Below, piece after piece: positions 1-10,300 of a stretch of DNA of 64,000 nucleotides. Below the pieces are notes generated by a model. The model was not told where the DNA came from. It was given only the letters and a program-made list of their open reading frames with translations, and made no database searches. The translations under genes were made by a program, and so were the position numbers. Origin of the DNA: Camelus ferus (taxonomy: Eukaryota); contig NC_045698.1 of NCBI RefSeq assembly GCF_009834535.1, positions 97,278,001 through 97,342,000 of the forward strand, in the 5' to 3' direction. The first letter of the stretch is position 1. Each line of letters begins with the position of its first letter.

Positions 1-30
1 GAAGAGGGGATGGCTTTACGAGGGCCAAGG
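1..30 (-). other. SLC23A1: 5' UTR/TSS region of SLC23A1 (sodium-dependent vitamin C transporter 1); CDS lies outside the window
   Basis: Minus strand reads GGCCCTCGTAAAGCCATCCCCTCTTC, resembling the human SLC23A1 5' UTR as I recall it. Position downstream of MZB1 fits human synteny. No coding sequence is visible. Confidence 0.5.
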
Positions 31-377
31 AGGACTTTACTCCACATATCAGACATTGTTCAAAGTAAATCTGTAACCAGATCTCTAGCTCTGATTGCGA
101 AAGGAGGACCCAGGTTGAGGTAACGTATTAACTCTGGCCATAGTGGAAAAGGCCACTCAGGCCTCTGCTACATTTACCTCCTGAGCACTCCCTTACTTGC
201 CCGCACCTGAGCCTGGGCACTGGCCCTGTTCTTGTTTTCTAAGAGAAGGCCAGAGGTGAGTAGTGGACAGTCTTGGAAGTTTACCAAGCCCTGGGTGAGG
301 TGAGAGGAAAGGCAGTGAAAATGGGCATCTGCTATGTCACACCATGAATGAGGCTTTTCCCCACTTATTAATAAAAA

Positions 378-390
378 GTTAATCATTATC
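378..390. promoter_or_regulatory. HNF1-like site in the presumed SLC23A1 promoter
   Basis: GTTAATCATTATC matches the consensus GTTAATNATTAAC at 12 of 13 positions. A weaker site lies at 120-132. Confidence 0.45.
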
Positions 391-409
391 ATCATCATAA
401 CCTGTCTCA

Positions 410-600
410 TTATTGAGGGACGACTGTGTGCCAAGCAACATGTGTGTCACTGTCACGTTTAATCCCAGGCACGGGGTGTAATTAACCTCCTTTACAGCTG
501 AGGAAACAGATTTAGAAGATATGATCTGACCAAGGCCATATGGGTAGCAAGATTTTAGAAGACAATTCCGAATATTCAGGTTGGCCTGAACTCCTGAACC
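410..600 (+). mobile_element. MIR SINE remnant
   Basis: Contains tttacagctgaggaaacaga...ccaaggccata, the MIR core pattern. Boundaries approximate. Confidence 0.6.
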
Positions 601-2541
601 CAGGCTGTTACTTGTACATTAAATGTCAAAAAGGCGGCTCTCCCCACCACCACTCACCCATCAGGGTCCCCAACACACATAACAGATGGGCCTCTGGAGA
701 AGGAGCTGCCAAGGCTGGCCAGGCCTTGCCTGTCCCCTGTGTCAGGACAAGGATTCCCTTCCCCTCGCAGCCAGGACCGGCTACATAATCTGTGGGACCC
801 AGTGCAAAATGAAAATCTGGGCTCTCGGTTCCAAAAGTATTATAAATTTAAAAACAGCAACAGCAGAGGATCAAAACAAGTTTTGGGGCCTTTGTAAACA
901 CTAAGCCAGCCCTGGGCCCGGCCTGTCTTCCCTTCCAGGCAGGCCCATCCAAGACTGATCATAGGGCCTGGAGCTGGCTGAAGGGGACTGGGGAGGGCCC
1001 GAGGGCTAAGGCTCCTGGGCTGGTGGGGGCTGGGCCTGAATTCCCTGGTTCTGCTCCCTCTGTGCCTCCCTTAGGGCCCACCTACCACTGGGTCGCTGTG
1101 CCCACGGCCAGGCCCTGCCTGGAGGACCCACAGGCATCACCGCTGTCCATCTGGGTAGCAACTTCATGTCACAGCCCTGAATCCAACGGCCTGTCCGGCC
1201 TCCAGCCCGTTCTTCTGTTTGCCTGTCTTCTCTTCTCCTTTCTTGGCTCCTGCTCCCAGGTTCTCAAAGTCATCTGACTAGTTCAAAGCCTTGGCTCCTT
1301 AGCACTTTCTTCCCGACCTGCTCCTCCCCAGTACTCCCCAGGGGGGGAACTGGGAAAACAGTCCCACCCCTTTCATACACTGTCTGTTGGACGCAAGTCA
1401 ACCCAAACCAAACATCACATACATAGAGACAACACTGGGAATTTGCACATGGTCTCAGCTACACAGTTGCGATATTGGACCCACAGCACCCATACTCTGA
1501 TGCAAAGTCTTTCTAGATCACTCCACATAAACACAGGGCCACACAGGTCCACATCTCAGGCTCCCAGCTGACACTACTGACTGCTTGGCTCAGCTGATTC
1601 CCTGGGCCCTGGCTCTTCTTCTGATGCTTAAGGGTTCTCTCCTGGGGTGAGGGTCAGGGAGGAGGGGCCTTAGGCAGATGGGGAACAGGTGACGGAATGT
1701 AGGAGGCTGGGCTACAGAGTAGCACAGGGAAATCAAGTGGTCAGAGCCTGCCTGGGATATACCCACTCCTCCAGCACTGACCTTCCCCCTCCCCCAAATT
1801 TGAATCCCCTCCCAGCCCTGCCACTATTCAGCCTGGGCCTGGCCTGAGCCTCTTTTGTTGTCTGAGCCTGGGTTTCTGCATCTGTCAACTGAGGATTAGG
1901 GTCTCCGTTCTGTCCACCTCCCAGGGCTTCAGCGGATCAGAAACGCTCACAAAGGAAATTGTAAGCTGTAACACCACCTAAACCTAGGCCCCCAGCCCCA
2001 AGTGTGGAGCTTTTTTTCTCCATTGACAAGGAAAGGTCTCCAGGTGAGAAGAATAGATATCTGGGGAGAGCAGGACATACAGCCAAGATGCTGAAACCAG
2101 CCTGTTCCAGGAACCCTGCTCTGCCCTGTCCCTAGCAGGCACCTAGGGCCCAGTCATGCCAGCTGGGGTCAGAAGCAGAATCTAGAAAGTGAGTGGCCTC
2201 TGGGTGTGGACCCAGGGAGACCAGTGTTCTGGGAGGGGCACAGGTAGCAGCGCGCAGTGGCTGCAGTAGGCGTATCCACAGGTGGCCTGCATATGGAGTT
2301 TTCCTCGGCTTTTCTTTTCTCTCATGTTGGATCTGGGGTTTCAACCAGTCAGATAAGTGGTTCCTTACACCTTTGACAGCTCACTCACATTTCCAACCAT
2401 AACAGACCTCACTTAACTCTGTGAAGTTGTAAGGATGTGTACCTGGTCCTCTCTAGGAGGGACATCAGTAGAAACACCAACATCTATCCTCCCAGCCCCC
2501 CAAACACATTTTGCAGAGAGAAGGAATTGAGGTCAGTGGGT

Positions 2542-2547
2542 TTTATT
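2542..2547 (-). terminator. MZB1 polyadenylation signal AATAAA
   Basis: tttatt on the + strand, about 190 nt after the MZB1 stop. Confidence 0.7.
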
Positions 2548-2738
2548 TGAGTCCAGAGGGTAAGGCCTTGGCCCCCGCCCAGGCCTCAGGGCCCCGAAGC
2601 TGGAGGAGGAAGGGAGCCTGCAGCACAGAAGAGTGAGGCCTCCCTACCCTCCAGCAGCCTGCAGAAAGGAGTGGGGCAGATCCACAGGATACTCAACTCT
2701 CTTCAGGGGCTGATCAGGAAGAAGAAGGAGGAGTTGGA

Positions 2739-2895
2739 TTAGAGCTCGGTCCTTGTGACTTGCTCATCCTCTGAGCAGGCCCCCCGGGGGCCTCCACACA
2801 GCAATGTCTCCAGAGCCCCTCGACCTTGTTGGTGGGCTTCATAGATCTGGTCTTCTCCAAACTCCCCCAGGTAGTGCAAACATGTCGTGAAGAGC
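2739..2895 (-). CDS. MZB1: MZB1 exon 4 (coding part)
   Basis: TAG acceptor; LFTTCLHYLGEFGEDQIYEAH...RTEL; TAA at 2739-2741. Confidence 0.95.
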
Positions 2896-4697
2896 CTAGG
2901 GGAGCCCAGTAGGAGCCTCTTACTCTGCCCGGCCCACAGTGGGGCAGACCAAGGCTGCAAGGGCTCCATCCCACCCCAACCTCCTAGTCATCACCTGGTG
3001 GGCCAGGGCCCCCCCGTGATCATCACGCTGATGCTTGGCTCTGGCACCTTGTTAAGTCCTGGGCCTGTAAGCCGTTTCACCTGGTTCTCTTCTCGAACCC
3101 CATAGCTGGACGCAGTGGGAAGAGAGGGATACAGCATTAGTGGGAGCCCAGCCAGCAAGGGACCTGTCTCCACATGAAGCTGAGCACACTGGACATTTGC
3201 TGAGATCAGTGCCCAGATTCTGATCCTCCCAGATGGAAAACTGAGGACCAGAAAGGGGAAGCCCCTGGCCCAAAAATCACACAGCAATCTTGTCCCCTGG
3301 CCCCCTACCCTTCCGCTTGCTCCCAGCTCCAGAGCTCAGACTCTGTCCCAGCCAGTCCCCACCTTGGACCAGAGCCCTAGTGGAGTGTGTGTGGTGTGCG
3401 AATGGGAGAGTGCGAACCTCCACCCATCAGCCCTGCTCCTGGAGGTGGGAGGTAGGGGCCAGATTTTCAACTCACTCCTGCCAGGTCTGGGAGCAACTCT
3501 GGTCCAAGACGTCTGTGTATACCGACTCACTCAGCTCTTGATGTTCCCCGGAGTCCAGAGTGTGAAGCTTGGCCTCTGCCTTTGTCAAATGTTGTGACAT
3601 CTGGAACAAGGAGGGGCTGAGAACCAGGGCTTCAGAACTGCTCAGTGTGGGGAAGGGAGAACAGGGGCCTGGGTCTCTTAGGAAGAACAAGGCAATGAAG
3701 CCTTTGAGCAGGAAGCACCTGTGAGGCAGGCTCCACTGCCCTAGGATGGGGCGGGTGGGTGGGTGGGAAATGCTTGGGTGGAAAGTTAGGACTAGGAACT
3801 GGGGCCCCTCCCCCAGGGTGCACCTGCCCATCACCACATGTTATTTTAAACCACAAGAACCAGGAAGGAAAAAACCTGCCTAGTCTTCAGTGACACGTGT
3901 ACTCATAGCCCGCATGCGCGCATACAGAAGTACTCAGGCACGCTTGACAGGTTTGTGTGTGAATTCAAGCATAAGGGGGAGGGTATAGATCAAGTGGTAG
4001 AGCACATCCCTAGCATGCATGAGGTCCTGGGTTCAATCCCCAGTACCTCCTCTAAGAATAAATAAATAAACCAAATTACCTCCCCCACCATAAAAAAAGA
4101 CACACATATACTCATGTCTTCATGTACTTAACACACATGCACATGTGCACATGTGCACACATACACCAATGCTCCCTGGCTATGTTTTGGAAAGCAGTCC
4201 GGACTTAAGGAGGGGCCTGGAAAGGGAGGAGTCAGAGAGGACAAGCTGGTGACTCCCTCGGGTCTCAAGATACTGTGGAGTATCCCAGATTGTTCTCTGT
4301 TGGGCAGATAGGTAAACTGAGGCACAGAAGTTCTGGTGAGGTGATGATGGCAATATCATGGAGGCTGAATCTAGGTTGAGGCCTAGGGTAGGGGTTTGGG
4401 GAATCAAAGGCCAGTGGTGGAATCTGAGGTACACAGACGGTCTGGGTTGAGAGGGTCCTGGGCTGGGGCCAGAAAACTATTAGGCTGGGGTGGGTCGTGA
4501 GGGGTGAGGAGTGGAGGGGAACTCACCTGGTAGGCCACTGCCCTGCAGGCATCACAGCGCAGGTGAGCAGGCATATGAGCTGAGTACTTCTCCTCATCAT
4601 CCAGCTGTGGGGCAGTGGCCATGAGCGGGGCCCTGTCCCCGAGGCCCCCTGGGATGGCCCAGGCCCCCAGCAGCAGCAGTAGCAGGGCCAGCCTCAT
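2739..4697 (-). CDS. MZB1: MZB1 (pERp1), marginal zone B and B1 cell-specific ER co-chaperone, 187 aa; join(4527-4697,3476-3600,2995-3105,2739-2895)
   Basis: Signal peptide MRLALLLLLLGAWA, CXXC motif LRCDAC, six Cys, C-terminal ER-retention-like RTEL. Exons of 171+125+111+157 = 564 nt with GT-AG boundaries and consistent phases. Confidence 0.97.
2995..3105 (-). CDS. MZB1: MZB1 exon 3
   Basis: CAG...GTGA boundaries; YGVREENQVKRLTGPG...GGPWPT. Confidence 0.95.
3476..3600 (-). CDS. MZB1: MZB1 exon 2
   Basis: CAG...GTGAG boundaries; MSQHLTKAEAKL...SCSQTWQ. Confidence 0.95.
3975..4098 (+). mobile_element. tRNA-derived camelid SINE (Vic-1-like) in MZB1 intron 1
   Basis: GGGGAGGGTATAG start, A-box-like caagtggtagagc, B-box GGTTCAATCCC, (AAAT)n then aattacctccccc and an A tail. 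Confidence 0.85.
4527..4697 (-). CDS. MZB1: MZB1 exon 1 (coding part)
   Basis: ATG at 4697, 57 codons, GTGAG donor. Confidence 0.95.
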
Positions 4698-5395
4698 GGT
4701 CAGTGGAAGCGGTTCAGCAAGCAAGGGCTGTGGTTGGGGTGCAGGTGTTCATGTGTGTGCGTGTGTGCAGTGGGGGCTGCCCTAGAATGCCTGACTCAGA
4801 CCAATGAGGAACTGACACCTCACCTCTCCCATTCTCTCCCTTCCCCCACGGCTCTGGAGACACCATGTGTGCCCCGCCTCTAGTGGGACCCCAGCTGCAG
4901 CCAATTCAGCTCCATTTCACAGAGAGGGAACAATGAGGCAAGGAGAGGGGCTGGGCCTGGGCATGGGGGGGCTGATAACTCATGTCCTGGGATCTAGCCA
5001 CATGGCAAGCCCTGTGCTTGGGGAGGAGGTAGTTGGTTACTATCATCATTTATTTATCCCCAAGGACACAAAGGTTCAGAGGAAAGTGACAAATCCAAGG
5101 CCACACAACTAGAGGGGCCTTGCTGAGACTGGAACCCAAGCTTGACTGACTCCAAGACCCACTGGCCACTCAGCCACCAGGAGAAATGAGGCCACAGGCA
5201 TGGTTGCCAGCCTATGGCTCCCTTCCTGAGAAGCAAGCTTGCTGAGGCAAGGATGCCACAGTGCATGAAAGACACACATGGTCCCCTCCCCCAGGCCATA
5301 CAGAGGCATGAAAGGGCACTGTAGAGGGTGCACAGCAGCAGGAAATCAGACGCTTTACACCAGTTGTTCCAGCCATCATGGCCTTGGGTCAGCGA

Positions 5396-5401
5396 TTTAT
5401 T
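5396..5401 (-). terminator. Probable PROB1 polyadenylation signal AATAAA
   Basis: Minus strand GTGTGCAATAAATCGC. An alternative AATAAA lies at 5049-5054. The functional site is inferred. Confidence 0.5.
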
Positions 5402-6584
5402 GCACACCAGGATGAGGTGAGGGGCCCAGGAGGGGCCCAGTGCCCTCTGTGCCATCAGAACCAGCATCTCTGGCAACAGGAAGATGTCCAGGTTATTCTG
5501 ACTCATAGTTCTCCCAGTCAGCTTGCAGTCCAAGGCAGGGGGGCAGCAACTCCAAGGAATTTGGGCCCCCTAGAGGGCTTAATTTAAGGAAGGCATTGAT
5601 CTCCATCCCTGACACTCCTTCTAATGGTAACTGTTCTTCCCCAAATTCATCACACCACATACCAGTCCAGCAAGGCCCAGCCACTTCAAGGTCAGAACTA
5701 CACACAGACCCGCATGCAGAGCACCTCCCATCCCATGCATCTCCTCCCTCTGCCCTCCTCAGAAGCTCCTGGAATCTCGGGGCAATTGGAACACAGGCTC
5801 TGGGTCCTGTCCCTACCCATGCTGTGACCATCCGGTAGAGCCAGCCCCTCTCTAGGCATGGTTGCCACATCTATTACTGAGGGAGTGGAACCAGCTGAGA
5901 GCTCCATACAGGGGCATCTTTTCTATTGTCAGCCCTAACTGCCCCCTGCACTCCATCCACAAGAGTCAAGAGCTCAACCTTCCACCCTGCTTTTAAGTCC
6001 TTCCTGATGACTCACTCTTCTGCCCCCCCACCCTGGGTGAGAATGCCTGGAGCCCCTACTCTTGACCCCAGGATGAGCCAGCTTAGCTCTGAAGGCTTAG
6101 ACAAGCCAAGTCAGAGGCTAGGGTTGAGGGGAGAATGAGAGGTGGCACTCCTAGCCGAAATCTACAGCCATCCCCTCTTCCTACCAGTACCCCCACCCCA
6201 AGTCCCAGGCTGACCCTCCATAGCCCCTTCCATATTACATCCCTGCTCCACCTCCACCTATTGTCCCCACAGCTACCTTTCTCAGATGAGCCTGGCATAG
6301 GGCCTGCACTAGCCACTTTCACTCACAGCCTCCCAGGCCAAGGCTCAGATCCTCTTCCAAAGATTAACAAATTTGACAGCCAGCATCCTTCTCTCTCCGT
6401 CCCACCAGTTCTCATCAGGTTGTTCCACCTCAGCTGGGCCCACCTTTAGCAAGAAACAGAAAACTCACTACCACTGGGGACAGCCCTGTCCCCTGCAGCT
6501 CCCATTTCCTCCAGCCCCTGGGAACCCCACACTCCCTCAAAGTTGGCTCCTGAGGCCACATCCTGGGACTTCTCACTTTTACAC

Positions 6585-7046
6585 TGCCAACTAAAAACTG
6601 CCATCTGCCTCTATAAGAATGAAGTCACTAGCCACTCCAGCAGCTGACCTTCAACATACTCTGAAATGAGTTCAGGGCAGAGACCAGGAAGGTGGCACTC
6701 TGTGCTCTGGGAAAAACTGACAGAAAAGGCCTTTAGATAGTTATTTTCAGGAGGTTTTTATGAGCTTAATTTCTTACATTTTTCTCATATCTAGAAAAGT
6801 ACCAAAATCATTGACAGATACATCTGCTCCTCCTGACTAGCAGCAACCTTCTGCCAAAATCTGTGCTTGATTGCACATATTCCCCTTCAAAATCACAGAC
6901 ATACTGAACTCCCCGTCTCCCTACTGCTTCACAGCATTTCCTCAGAGCTGAGAGGCTGCCTCCTGGGCTGTAGTCCTCATTTTGCCCCCAATAAAACTTA
7001 ACTCACAACTCTCACATTGTGTTTTTTTTTTTTTTTTCAGTCGACA
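6585..7046 (+). mobile_element. Solo ERV LTR (ERV1-type), 462 bp, 4-bp TSD ACAC
   Basis: TG...CA termini (TGCCAAC / GTCGACA), TSD ACAC at 6581-6584 and 7047-7050, internal AATAAA at 6990-6995 in the LTR-typical context gtagtcctcattttgcccccaataaaactt. Confidence 0.85.
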
Positions 7047-7328
7047 ACACATACACACACACAACCCCCCCCCCACACACACTGGGAATGCTTGGGGAAG
7101 GGGTATAGGATTTTGTTGGGGGAGGAAGTAGGCAGGCATTTCCTAAGCTCCAGCTCCATCAGCCCCGGGTGTCTCAGATACTACTCTGAAGGTAACTTCC
7201 GGTCTGAAGACTGCGGGAGATGTGTAAAAGAAACAGGTGACAGAAGGAAAAGAGGGTAGGGGACTGGATGCCAGAACCTCCAAGGCCATCAATAGGCCCC
7301 AATACCATGGGGACGAGGCACTGGGGCC

Positions 7329-10300
7329 TCACACCGTAAACAGGGAGCCCTTGCTGGGCTGGGCGGGACCCAAGTTGGAGGGCGGAGCACAGAGGAGCAG
7401 AGGAGGTGCGGGGCTGGGTGTCCCACTCACTGGCAGGTAGTACATTCCGTCCACGGGCCCCGCCTGAGAGGCCCAGGGTAGCTGGGGGCCGCTGAAGACC
7501 GGCGGGCCTGGGGATGGTGGCAGAGACAGGCCAGCGACAGGCCCATAGGCGGGCGGGTAGAGACCGGGACCAAGAGCCAGCGGGGTATAGACGCGGCGGG
7601 GTGGCACCGAGGGCGAGGGTGGCAGCAGAACCTCCACGTACTGCCCGCTCTCGGGATCGAAGAGCAGCCGCAGCCGAGGCTGCCTGGGCGCCTCGAAAAA
7701 GTAGTAGCGGCCGCTCTCGGGGTCCACCAGGACCTTCCCCGGGTGCACGGCCCCAAGCGGCCTGCGCGCCCCACGATAGGGGCCTTCCGGGGACCGGTCC
7801 GTGGGAGGTGCCGAGGCCGCGCGGGGCCGGGGCGGGGCCGTTCTGCCAGCCAATGCCTGGGGCTCTCGCGGGAGGGGCGACTGGACCGCTTCCGCGGACT
7901 CATGGGCCTTAGTGGTCGTCTCCAGTTTGGGTGTTATTCCAGGGCTCGAGCTAGGGTGCGCCGGCGGGGAGCTGGGGCGAGGAGGTTGGGCCCCTGCAGG
8001 CCCTATGGGCGACCTCTGGGGTGAGGTGTGAGCGCCGCCTAGAGGGCTGGTCTGACCCTTGTCGTCGGGGACTAGGCGCTGGGCCTCAGCATCCCGGTTC
8101 TTTCCGCCAGGACCGCGCACCAGGACTTCCCGGGTTCCCTCCGGCCGGCGGCCTAAGGCTAGGGCGCCAGGCAGGCGGATCTCAGTGCGCGCGAAGGGTT
8201 TCGCCGTACTGTTCTCTGCCCTCCGCCTCAGGGCCCCGTTGGGCTGCGTAACCTCCGGAGGGACTGTGTCTGGCGTCAGCTCTGGAGGGTCATAGGGGTG
8301 TGACACGACCGGCAGAAAGTCCTTGAGAAAAACGGAAGTGTAGTGAGCCGGGGCTGAGGACCCAAGCGCCTGAAGCTCCTGTGTCTTGGATGCGCCGCCC
8401 TCCTCCAAGCGGGGGTCCGCAGGAGTCGCAGGCAGACCTGCCCCTGGGGTGCCTGCCGGGAAGCTTGGTGCGTATGTAGTCTTCACCATCTTGCGCACGT
8501 CGCGAGGCCGAGGAATGGCCACGCGCGGACGTCCTGAGGCCGCTTCTCCAGGGCCCAGGGCTTCTGGGTGCGCATCGGCATCCAGGGTGCCCACGAGGCG
8601 ACTGAGAGGCAGCTGGGGTGCAGCCACCTCTGGCGACAGCTGACTGCCTCGGAAGGCAGAACCTGGCATTTCCCGCGTGGACGGACTCTGCGCCTCTGTT
8701 AGCTCTGGAGTCCTGGGTGCAGATGGCGTGGGAAGCACCAGTTTCTCCTGGGCTACTCCATTCATAGCTTCTCGCTTAGATACTACCGATGAGCTCTGCA
8801 CTGTGGGGTCCCACGTCTCTTGGGGCGATGGGCTCCACGTCCCAGCAGGACGATATGGAGCCTCCCATGAGGACAAGGCTGGTGGGGACGGACTCCTACT
8901 CCCCTCAGCTGTATCCCCGACTGTTGGATGCGGAACTTTCCACGAGGAAGGAGCTTCGGAGGATGGGCTTTGTGCCCTGGTGACACCCTGATTCCACTGG
9001 GAAAGTGTCGGAGGAGAAGTACTCTTTGTGCTGACAGTTTCTGTGACAGCAGGATCCTGACTTTCCCATGCGGAGGATGCCTCGGGGAGCGGCGGGTTAC
9101 ACACACTCCGAACAGCTCGATTCCACGGGGACGGGTTCTGGGGGGAGGGGCATTGAGGACCCCGCAGGGTCCCATTTGGGGCTTGCCACAGCGGGGATGG
9201 GCTCCTCGGCCTCGCAGTCTTACTCGAAACCTCCCAGGGGGTCCTAGACTCTAAAGGCGAACTCTGTGCCTTCAGGACGGTTCGATCCGGAGTCTCTCGC
9301 GGGAACCGAGTTTTGGGTTCCTGGTTGTGCGCCTCCTGGTTCTTCTCCTTGGACTGCAGGAAGATGCTGGAACTAACCGGACCTAGCGGCTCAGTCCCCG
9401 GCGTGGGCTTGTCGCGCCGAATTGCGCGCTCGCGGAGGCTAGGCCACGGTCGCGGAGCCCTGGCGGGGGCTGAACTGTAATGCACACGGGGTGGTCGAGA
9501 TTTGGCCTCCTCCAGGACCACTCGAGTACCGCGGGGCTTCTCCGGGGTCGCAGGCTCTGGCGGCCCCGTGAGTCCGAAAGTGGCGTTGCTTGAAGCAGAG
9601 GTCACGGGGCTTAGTTTTCTGGCCAGCGCCGTCTGCACGAGGCCCGCGGCAGCCTGCAGGCGGCCCAGAGACTCATCCAGGGAGCCGGTGCGCAGGAGGA
9701 GTCGGGGGCGCGGCGCGGTGGCCAACCGCGGGGGACTCCGGGGCCGGGGACGCAGCTCGATCTGACGCTTGGGCACCGTCCGGGGCTTGACAGGCGCAGC
9801 ACGTTCCTCCAGCGCCACCTCCACACACTCGAACTGCGCTGGGGTGGCAGGACTCGGCCCACTGGGCCGTAGTTCCAGGTAGGTGGCCCAGCGGGAGCCA
9901 CCGTCTGGGGCCAAGGGCTGCGGTTCCGCAGGGATGGAAGAGGCGGGCGGAGAGAGGTTGCTGTAGGCCCGCGCCGTGAGCTGCTGCACCTCGCTATCCT
10001 CTGCGTCGGAGCGGCTGAACAGGGGCCCGGTGCCGAAGATGACTTCCATCTCCCCCGACGGCAGCATGCGCAGCTGGGGCAGGGGTGGCCGCGGGCCCGA
10101 GCTCGGGCCTCGCGGGAAACCCGAGCCAGGCCAGAGCTGCTGGCGGCTATTCTGGGCGCTGACAGACAGGCGAGGCTGCGCGCCCGCCCCCAGCGCAGGG
10201 GCCACCCGGGGCCAATTCGTCCGGCCCTCCGCGTCCGGCCCAAAGTCCCAGGGCTCTGGAGAACCCGGAGCCGTGTGGTAGGAGCCTGACGAACCGGAGG

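Noticed and set aside
3975-4050. tRNA-like sequences (this and seven similar copies) as tRNA genes
   Set aside because: They continue into a shared non-tRNA tail with A-rich ends and TSDs and diverge between copies, so they are SINE heads.
6684-6700. CTCF-like site AGGTGGCAC inside the LTR
   Set aside because: Only the 3' half of the CTCF core matches; too weak to call.
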